Part shown: positions 57,660 to 64,000 of the stretch, in pieces
Numbering within the stretch: the first letter of the stretch is position 1
How the letters are laid out: every line of letters begins with the position of its first letter
NCBI GenBank assembly: GCA_020852925.1
Contig: JADYZU010000036.1
Span: forward strand, 1,404 to 65,403
Length of the DNA stretch: 64,000 nt
Direction of reading: 5' to 3'
Source: Rubellimicrobium sp.
GTDB lineage: Bacteria; Pseudomonadota; Alphaproteobacteria; Rhodobacterales; Rhodobacteraceae
Notes under the pieces: model-generated
Seen by the model: the letters and a program-made list of their open reading frames with translations, nothing else
Told to the model about the DNA's origin: nothing
Database searches by the model: none
Program-made: the position numbers and the translations under genes

Positions 57660-58913
57660 ATGACCCATGATCCGCTGACCCCCGACTACACCCGCAACAT
57701 CCGCATCCTTGGCCATTCCGATCAGGGGGGCCGCGCCGACGGCATCCAGGTCATGGTCTCGGGCGGGTATGCCTATGTCGGGCATGTGTTCAACAACGGC
57801 TTTTCGGTGATCGACGTGCGCGACCCGCGCGCGCCGCGCTTCGTGCGCCACATTCCCCAGCCCGAGGGCACCTGGTCGCAGCACCTTCAGACCCATGGCG
57901 ATCTGCTGATCGTCAACAACATGTGCGACATGCTGAAGGTCGAGACATCGGGCGCCTTCAACCCCGGCGACTATTACAAGGGCTCAGTCGCGGACAAGGT
58001 CGATCTGTCGGGCACCCGGCCCTATGCCGCCGGGATGCGCATCTACGACATTGCCGACCGCGCCAACCCGCGCGAGATCGCCTTTTTCGAGGTGCCGGGG
58101 CTGGGCGTGCACCGCACCTACTGGGACGGGGGCGACTGGGTATACTTCTCGGCGCTGCCGCCGGGATTTTCCGACGACATCTTCATGATCGCGGATTTCC
58201 GCAACCCCGAGCGCCCCGAGATCGTCTCGCAGCTCTGGCTGCCGGGGATGCATGCCGCGGGCGGCGAGGTGCCGTCCTGGGATCCGAAATATCGCTACGC
58301 ACTGCACCATGCGATCGTGAAGGGCGATCTGGCCGCCGCCGCCTGGCGGGATGGGGGCATGTCGCTCATCGACGTGGCGGACCGGCACAACCCGCGGTTC
58401 CTGTCGCATGACAACCCCTGCCCGCCCTTTGCCGGCCACACCCACAACACCCTGCCGCTGCCGGGGCGCGGTCTCATGTTCGTGGTCGAGGAATCGCAGG
58501 CCGACAACTGCGCCGACGGGATCAAGCGCAACTGGGTCTATGACATCAGCGTGCCCACGAAACCGGTGACGATCGCCACCACGCTGCCCCCCGACGAGGC
58601 CGACTATCGCAACAAGGGCGGCCAGTTCGGCCCCCACAACCTGCACGAAAACCGCTCGGAAGGCTTCGTGAGCGAGGAGCTGATCTTCGTCAGCTATCAG
58701 AACGCGGGGCTTCGCGTCTATGACATCTCGAACCCGTTCCGCCCCGAGGAGGTGGCCGCCTGCGTGCCGCCGGCGCCGGCGCGGCTGATGGACTATCGCC
58801 CGGACCGGCCGGTGGTGGTGGACACGACCGATGTCTATGTGGACCGCAACGGCCTCATCTATACCACCGACATGAACGCCGGTCTCACCATCATGGAACT
58901 GGTGGGGCTGTGA
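57660..58913 (+). CDS. LVIVD-repeat beta-propeller protein, cytoplasmic
   Basis: Six or more repeats of the type FSVIDVRDP / MRIYDIADRANP / FMIADFRNP / MSLIDVADRHNP / WVYDISVPTKP / LRVYDISNPFRP. No signal peptide. Confidence 0.8.
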   Translation: MTHDPLTPDYTRNIRILGHSDQGGRADGIQVMVSGGYAYVGHVFNNGFSVIDVRDPRAPRFVRHIPQPEGTWSQHLQTHGDLLIVNNMCDMLKVETSGAFNPGDYYKGSVADKVDLSGTRPYAAGMRIYDIADRANPREIAFFEVPGLGVHRTYWDGGDWVYFSALPPGFSDDIFMIADFRNPERPEIVSQLWLPGMHAAGGEVPSWDPKYRYALHHAIVKGDLAAAAWRDGGMSLIDVADRHNPRFLSHDNPCPPFAGHTHNTLPLPGRGLMFVVEESQADNCADGIKRNWVYDISVPTKPVTIATTLPPDEADYRNKGGQFGPHNLHENRSEGFVSEELIFVSYQNAGLRVYDISNPFRPEEVAACVPPAPARLMDYRPDRPVVVDTTDVYVDRNGLIYTTDMNAGLTIMELVGL

Positions 58914-59899
58914 TGGCGCATGTCGTTGTCGCCGGACGCATCCACCCCGATGCCATGGCGCTGCTCGAGGGGGCGCCGGGCCTCACGCTCGAGGTGATCG
59001 GGGATCCGGGGGCGGCGCTGCCCACGGATCTGCTGGCCCGGGCGGATGCCCTTCTCATCCGCTATGGCGTGCTGCACGAGGCGCAGGTGCGGGAAATGCC
59101 GCGGCTGCGGGTCGTGTCGCGGCACGGGGTCGGCTGCGACAACCTGCCGGTCGCGGCGCTGGCGGCGCGCGGGGTGCCGGTGACGATCGTGGGCGCGGTG
59201 AATGCGGTGTCGGTGGCCGAACAGGTGCTGGCGATGCTCATGGCGCTGGTGCGGCGCATCGGCCCCTATGACGCGGCAGTGCGCGCCGGCAACTGGGCGA
59301 TCCGCGACAGCCTGGCCGTGGGAGAACTGGCCGGGCGGCGGCTGCTTCTGCTTGGATTCGGGCGCATCGGGCGCGAGGTGGCACGCCGCGCCGCCGCCTT
59401 CGACATGGAGGTGCTGGTGCACGATCCCTTCGTGGACGATGCCGCCATCGCCGCCACGGGCTGTCATCCGGTAGCCGACTGGCGTGCCGCATTGCCCGAA
59501 ATCGACGCCATCAGCCTGCATCTGCCGGCCTCGCCCGAGACGATGGGGATCATCGGCGCGGCGGAACTGGCGCGAATGAAACCGCGGGCGGTTCTTGTGA
59601 ACGCGGCGCGCGGCGGCCTTGTGGACGAGGCCGCGCTTCATGCCGCCCTTACCGGGCACATGGCCGCGGGGGGCGCCGCCCTTGACTGTTTCGCGCAGGA
59701 ACCGCCTCCGGCGGACCTGCCGCTGCTGTCGCTGCCCAATGTCGTGCTCAGCCCGCATTCCGCCGCCCTGAGCGCCGAGACCGCGCGGCGCATGGGCATC
59801 GTCGCGGCGCAGAACGTGCTTGCCGGGCTTGCGGGCACGCTCGATCCGGCGCTGGTCTTCAACCTCGGAGCACTGCGGGAGGCCGGCCATGGGGTCTGA
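58913..59899 (+). CDS. D-isomer-specific 2-hydroxyacid dehydrogenase (PGDH-like)
   Basis: GFGRIGREVARR NAD fold, VNAARGGLVDE, SPHSAA. TGATG junction with the LVIVD gene. Confidence 0.88.
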   Translation: MAHVVVAGRIHPDAMALLEGAPGLTLEVIGDPGAALPTDLLARADALLIRYGVLHEAQVREMPRLRVVSRHGVGCDNLPVAALAARGVPVTIVGAVNAVSVAEQVLAMLMALVRRIGPYDAAVRAGNWAIRDSLAVGELAGRRLLLLGFGRIGREVARRAAAFDMEVLVHDPFVDDAAIAATGCHPVADWRAALPEIDAISLHLPASPETMGIIGAAELARMKPRAVLVNAARGGLVDEAALHAALTGHMAAGGAALDCFAQEPPPADLPLLSLPNVVLSPHSAALSAETARRMGIVAAQNVLAGLAGTLDPALVFNLGALREAGHGV

Positions 59900-60623
59900 G
59901 ATCCCGCTTCAGGGGCGCATCCCCTTTACCGACATCGTCATTGACATGCACTGGGGCAACCATGCGCTGCTGATGTTCGGGGTGTGGTTCGTCATCGTGC
60001 CCTTCGCGGTGATGTTCCTGCGTTTTGGCAAGGGCCGGCCGCAGACCTACGGCATCCCGCGCGGCACCCCGCTCTGGCGGCAGCCGGAACTGTGCTGGAC
60101 CCTGCACAAGCGCCTGCTCTATCTGGCGATCTTCCTTGCCCTGGGCGGGGTGGTGTTCGCGGCCACGCTGACCGGCGGGGTTTCGGGGACGATCCATTCC
60201 ATGTTCGGACTGGGGGCGGTCACGCTGGGCGTGCTTCAGATCGTGTCGGCCTGGTTCCGCGGAAGCCATGGCGGGCGCAAGGATCCGAAGGCCGATCCCG
60301 ATAACCGCGCCACCTGGGGGGGCGATCATTTCGACATGACCCCGCAGCGCTGGTGGTTCGAGGCCTGGCACAAGACCTCGGGCTATTTCGCGATCGCGCT
60401 GGCGCTGGGCGCGGTGGCCACGGGACTGGCGCAATACTGGCTGCCCTGGATCGCGGTGGCGCTGGGCGCGGTGGTGTTCGGGGCGCTGATCCTGGCGGTG
60501 GTGCTTCAGGGGCTGGGATACCGGCACGACACCTACATGTCGGTCTACGGCACCCATCCCGACCATCCGTTCAATCGCCGCCGGTTTGCCCAGATGTTCG
60601 CGGCCCGGGACGAGAAGCCCTGA
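59889..60623 (+). CDS. cytochrome b561-domain-like integral membrane protein
   Basis: 244 aa from MGSEIPL. About 6 TM with four spaced His in consecutive helices (NHALLMF, LHKRLLY, IHSMFGL, WHKTSGY), suggesting two b-hemes. 11-nt overlap with the dehydrogenase gene. Confidence 0.55.
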   Translation: MGSEIPLQGRIPFTDIVIDMHWGNHALLMFGVWFVIVPFAVMFLRFGKGRPQTYGIPRGTPLWRQPELCWTLHKRLLYLAIFLALGGVVFAATLTGGVSGTIHSMFGLGAVTLGVLQIVSAWFRGSHGGRKDPKADPDNRATWGGDHFDMTPQRWWFEAWHKTSGYFAIALALGAVATGLAQYWLPWIAVALGAVVFGALILAVVLQGLGYRHDTYMSVYGTHPDHPFNRRRFAQMFAARDEKP

Positions 60624-61347
60624 CCCGATCCGGGCGCAGCACCGCCAGCGTCAGCAGGGAATGCAGCGGCCGGAAAAATCCGGCCTCTGTCAGTTCCACC
60701 CCCGGATTTCCGCCCGCGAACAGCGACAGGAGCGCCTGCACCTGTGCCGCATCCCAGGCCGGGGCCCCGTCGCAGCCCTCTTGCGTGCGCACGGCGATGC
60801 GGTGCAGGCCCCAGCCGGGGTGACGCGCCAGCAGGGCGCGGTCGGCGGTGCGGGCGAGGGCGAACAGCATCTCGTCGGCCAGCGAGGACTGCACATGATG
60901 AATCGCGTAATCGCGGCCAAGGCGCGCGAATGCCTGTTCCTGCGCGAATCCCAGGGTGACAAGCGCGGCATGGACCTGCCCGCCCGCCGCGACCCCGGCG
61001 GCAAGGGCCGGATCCGCGATCAACGGGCCTGCGGTGATCGGGCCTGCGATCAACGGGCCTGCGGTGATCGGGCCGACGCCCAGACGCACCGCCCCGCCGC
61101 AGGGCTGCGCCGCCAGCGGCAGGTGCAGAACCTGCGGGCGCGCGATCTCGGTCAGGCATTCCCCCGCCAGCCCGATCCAGGATTCAAGCGCCTCGGCCCC
61201 GCGCCCGCCCCTTGTCAGAAGCTGCGCCACCTGCCGCTGCCGGCGCAGGCGCGGCACCGCCACGGCCAGCAGATCGCCCGCTGCCGGGGTCAGGCGCGGC
61301 GCAACGGGCAGCGCGCCGTCCCCCTCAGTTCGCCAGCCCGAGCGCAC
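60571..61347 (-). CDS. MetH activation (reactivation) domain-like protein
   Basis: 258 aa (GTG start). C-terminal ..AWDAAQVQALLSLF..GVELTEAGFFRPLHSLLTLAVL resembles the end of the B12-dependent methionine synthase activation domain. Immediately follows the corrinoid protein gene. Confidence 0.45.
   Translation of the reverse strand: MRSGWRTEGDGALPVAPRLTPAAGDLLAVAVPRLRRQRQVAQLLTRGGRGAEALESWIGLAGECLTEIARPQVLHLPLAAQPCGGAVRLGVGPITAGPLIAGPITAGPLIADPALAAGVAAGGQVHAALVTLGFAQEQAFARLGRDYAIHHVQSSLADEMLFALARTADRALLARHPGWGLHRIAVRTQEGCDGAPAWDAAQVQALLSLFAGGNPGVELTEAGFFRPLHSLLTLAVLRPDRVRASRPGPRTSGQTGGD
61016..61075. repeat. Perfect 30-bp tandem duplication, in frame within the coding sequence
   Basis: gcgatcaacgggcctgcggtgatcgggcct x2 (second copy 29/30). 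Encodes GPITAGPLIA twice. Each unit is itself two related 15-mers. Confidence 0.9.
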
Positions 61348-61966
61348 GCTTCACCGCCTTGACCGCGCCGGGCGCGTCCTCGCCAAAGGCATCGGCACCG
61401 ATCCGGTCGGCATAGTCCTGGGTGATGACGGCGCCGCCGATGACCACTCGGGCGCTCACGCCCTCGTCGCGCAGATGGGTGATGACGCGGGCCATCTGCG
61501 GCTTGGTCGTGGTCAGGAGGGCCGAAAGGCAGATCACCTGATTGCCCCGACGCGCGGCGGCGGCGAAATCCTCGTTGCTGACATCGACGCCCAGATCCTC
61601 GACCTCGAATCCCGCGCCCTTGAGCATCATCACCACAAGGTTCTTGCCGATGTCGTGCAGGTCGCCCTTCACGCTGCCGATGCAGACGCGGGCCAGCGGT
61701 TCGTGATCGGTCTGGGCCAGGATCGGTTCGATGATGTCGATGCCGCCTTGCATGGCGCGCGCGGCCACCAGCATTTCGGGGACAAAGATTTCCCCGGCCG
61801 AGAACTGATCCCCGACTTCGGACATGGCCGGGATCATCGTGTCCTTGAGCAGATCGCCCAGATCCTCGCCGCCGTCGCGGGCCTTTGTCACCAGTTCGAC
61901 CACCGTCTCGCGATCGCCATCGCAGATCGCCTCAAAGAGCCGGTCCTTTTCCTCTTCCGTGAGCAT
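61325..61966 (-). CDS. cobalamin-binding corrinoid protein (MtaC/MtbC/MetH B12-domain type)
   Basis: 213 aa from MLTEEEK. B12-binding-2 cap helix region, then GDLHDIGKN (DxHxxG) and SALLTTT, GGAV motifs. Confidence 0.85.
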   Translation of the reverse strand: MLTEEEKDRLFEAICDGDRETVVELVTKARDGGEDLGDLLKDTMIPAMSEVGDQFSAGEIFVPEMLVAARAMQGGIDIIEPILAQTDHEPLARVCIGSVKGDLHDIGKNLVVMMLKGAGFEVEDLGVDVSNEDFAAAARRGNQVICLSALLTTTKPQMARVITHLRDEGVSARVVIGGAVITQDYADRIGADAFGEDAPGAVKAVKRALGLAN

Positions 61967-61982
61967 GGGGGCAGATTCCCTT

Positions 61983-62000
61983 TGTGACTGCGCATTCACA
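61983..62000. promoter_or_regulatory. Candidate LacI-family operator
   Basis: TGTGAcTGCGCAtTCACA: 18-bp palindrome with one symmetric mismatched position, 17 nt upstream of the corrinoid protein ATG, in the LacI/corrinoid divergent intergenic. Confidence 0.4.
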
Positions 62001-62123
62001 ATAGCGCATCACCCCATCCCGATCAACGGAAACGACTGCGGGCCGGGGCGGGAAACCCCGGGTTTTCAAGCCGTGGGGTGCGGTATAGGGTCGCGTGACG
62101 TTCCTGATCGCGGACCTGCCGGC

Positions 62124-63164
62124 ATGACCGAACGCAAGCGCCATTCCATTACCTCCTACGACGTGGCGCAGGTCGCAGGCGTGTCGCAATCGGCGGTGTC
62201 GCGCGCGTTCTCGCCCGGCAGTCCGCTGTCCGAAGAGAAGCGCCGCCACATCCTGACCGTCGCGGCCGACATGGGCTATCAGCCCAACGCCATCGCCCGC
62301 AGCATGTCCACCGCGCGCAAGGCCCTGCCGCAGCGGTCGGGGATGGTGGGGGTGATCGTCACGCGCATGGAGGATCCGTTCTTTGCCCAGACCCTCGCGC
62401 TCTTCAGCCGGATGTTTCAGGAACGCGGGCTGCATGTGCTGCTCTTTACCGTCGATTCCGAACCCGAGGTCGATGCGGCGCTGGCCTCGCTCATGCAATA
62501 CAAGATCGACGGCGTGGTGATCCTTTCGGCGCTGCTGAGCAGCCACATGGCCGAAGTCTGCGAGGGGCGCGGCACGCCGGTCCTGCTTTACAACCGGCGC
62601 GCGCCGGGGCCGGGGGTCAGCGCGGTGCAGATCGACAACCGCGCCGCGGCCGGGACTGTGGCGGCGCATCTGGTGGAAACCGGGCACAGCCGCATCGCCT
62701 TTCTGGGCGGCGGGGCCGATGATGCCACCTCGCGCGAACGCGACGAGGGTTTCAGCGCCGCTTTGGCCGCGCATGGCCTTGCGCCCTGGCTGCGCGATCA
62801 CGGCGACTATACCTTTGCCAGCGGTGCCGCCGCCGCGCACCGCCTGCTGTCGCGCGACGGACGCCCCGACGCGGTGTTCTGCGCCAGCGACGTGATGGCG
62901 CTGGGCCTGCTGCATGCGGCACGGCACGACCTTGGCCTTGATGCACCACGGGATTTCTCGCTTGTGGGGTTCGACGACATCCCCGAGGCCGGCTGGCCCG
63001 GCCATCGGCTGACCACGATGCGCCAGCCGGTCGCGCAGATGATCGCGGCGGCGGTCGGGATCCTCTGCGCCCGGATCGACACGCCCGACACCGCGGCGCA
63101 GGTCGCGCTCTATCCCGGAGAGCTGATCGAACGCGGGACGGTGCGCCGCCAGCAGGGGGCGTAG
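62124..63164 (+). CDS. LacI family transcriptional regulator
   Basis: 346 aa from MTERKRHSITSYDVAQVAGVSQSAVSRAFS (HTH), then a periplasmic-binding-protein-like effector domain. Confidence 0.9.
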   Translation: MTERKRHSITSYDVAQVAGVSQSAVSRAFSPGSPLSEEKRRHILTVAADMGYQPNAIARSMSTARKALPQRSGMVGVIVTRMEDPFFAQTLALFSRMFQERGLHVLLFTVDSEPEVDAALASLMQYKIDGVVILSALLSSHMAEVCEGRGTPVLLYNRRAPGPGVSAVQIDNRAAAGTVAAHLVETGHSRIAFLGGGADDATSRERDEGFSAALAAHGLAPWLRDHGDYTFASGAAAAHRLLSRDGRPDAVFCASDVMALGLLHAARHDLGLDAPRDFSLVGFDDIPEAGWPGHRLTTMRQPVAQMIAAAVGILCARIDTPDTAAQVALYPGELIERGTVRRQQGA

Positions 63165-63177
63165 CAGGCGGCCCGGC

Positions 63178-63873
63178 TCAGCCGTCCGCAAGCCAGCGCC
63201 GCAGTTCCGCCGTCACCGCCTCGGGCTGTTCCAGCGTCGGCAGATGCCCCGCCCCCGCGATCACCGCCAGCCGCGACTGCGGCATGAGCGCGTGCATCAG
63301 GTCGTGCCGGTCGCGCGGGCACAGACGGTCGCCCTCGCCCATGAGCACGAGGGCCGGGCCGCCATGCCCCGCCAGCACCGCCTGCCGGTCGGGCCGGTCG
63401 CGCAGCGCCAGGGACTGGCGCGCGAACACGGCCGGCCCCAGATCCAGCGCCATCTCGAGGCAGAGATCGAGAAGTGCCGGATCGCTGCCGGGGGCAAGAT
63501 AGCGCGGCATCATGTCCTCGCGCATCACCTGCGCAAGGGCGCCGGACAGCGCCCTTGCGATCTGGGGCGCGCGACGTTCCTGCACCTGCGGCACCTCGGC
63601 CAGCGGGTTGGTGTCGAGCAGCGCGAGCCGCGCCACCCGGTCGGGTGCCTGCGCCAGCACCTCCATGGCGACGATCCCGCCCATCGACAGCCCGGCCAGC
63701 GCGAACTGCGGCGGCGCATGGGCCAGAACCTCGGCCGCCATCGCCGCCGTGCTGTCCTGACCGGTCAGCGCGGCCACCTGCACCGCCCGTTCCTGCGACA
63801 ACGCGGCGATCTGCGGCGCGAACAGCCGCGCGTCGCACATCATCCCCGGCAGGAACAGGACGGGCAGCGCCAT
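63178..63873 (-). CDS. alpha/beta hydrolase
   Basis: 231 aa. VLFLPGMMCD, GLSMGG nucleophile elbow, GAGHLPTLEQP. Confidence 0.85.
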   Translation of the reverse strand: MALPVLFLPGMMCDARLFAPQIAALSQERAVQVAALTGQDSTAAMAAEVLAHAPPQFALAGLSMGGIVAMEVLAQAPDRVARLALLDTNPLAEVPQVQERRAPQIARALSGALAQVMREDMMPRYLAPGSDPALLDLCLEMALDLGPAVFARQSLALRDRPDRQAVLAGHGGPALVLMGEGDRLCPRDRHDLMHALMPQSRLAVIAGAGHLPTLEQPEAVTAELRRWLADG

Positions 63874-63876
63874 GGT

Positions 63877-64000
63877 TCAGCCCCTCCAGGTGGGGCCGGC
63901 CTTGTCGCCGGTGGCCACGACACGATAAAGCGCGGCATCGCCGGTCATCGACGGCACGCAGCCATAGGCCAGGTTCTCGGGCACCGACATGGTGTCGCCG
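63877..64000 (-). CDS. C-terminal fragment of an unidentified protein (gene continues past window end)
   Basis: Reverse frame ..GDTMSVPENLAYGCVPSMTGDAALYRVVATGDKAGPTWRG-stop. The stop lies 3 nt before the hydrolase start, suggesting an operon. Confidence 0.4.
   Translation of the reverse strand, partial: GDTMSVPENLAYGCVPSMTGDAALYRVVATGDKAGPTWRG

Noticed and set aside
61016-61075. CRISPR-like or minisatellite array.
   Set aside because: There are only two directly abutting 30-bp units with no spacers. They are in frame inside a coding sequence, and no cas genes occur anywhere in the window.

Overview
Densely coding, visibly high-GC chromosomal segment that looks alphaproteobacterial (Rhodobacterales-like gene content). 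I can support about 65 protein genes, 3 tRNAs (Phe-GAA, Gly-TCC, CAT-anticodon Met/Ile2) and one tandem glycine riboswitch ahead of gcvTHP. There is no rRNA, no CRISPR array and no intact mobile element. Housekeeping blocks (trpF-lapA-ihfB, pyrD, gcvTHP, glpK/glpD-like, sqr/cysK) alternate with accessory modules. (1) A small islet next to tRNA-Phe holds a 993-aa PLD-nuclease/SF2-helicase/DUF3427 protein, which is the architecture of the type IV restriction enzyme SauUSI, plus an internally deleted ISAs1 transposase. (2) A roughly 17-kb block after tRNA-Met holds three unrelated cyclic-amide-opening enzyme types (dihydropyrimidinase/hydantoinase, a CE4 deacetylase-fold enzyme, ATP-dependent HyuA/HyuB). 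It also has an 8-gene ABC importer operon ending in a small CxxC protein coupled to a COG0523 GTPase, and a GntR regulator coupled to a signal-less paralog of the transporter's own binding protein. (3) A corrinoid-dependent methyltransferase cluster (URO-D-family methyltransferase, B12-binding corrinoid protein, MetH-activation-domain-like protein) is linked to an LVIVD beta-propeller, a 2-hydroxyacid dehydrogenase and a cytochrome b561-like membrane protein. Next to it is a Fec/Btu-type ABC importer whose binding-protein gene has its signal peptide out of frame with the mature domain. Other directly visible signals: a 36-nt dispersed repeat (35/36 identical, two copies), a perfect 30-bp in-frame tandem duplication, and palindromic operator candidates at sqr/cysK, upstream of the TetR gene and at the LacI/corrinoid intergenic. 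All functional calls come from reading motifs in the supplied translations. No database search was run.
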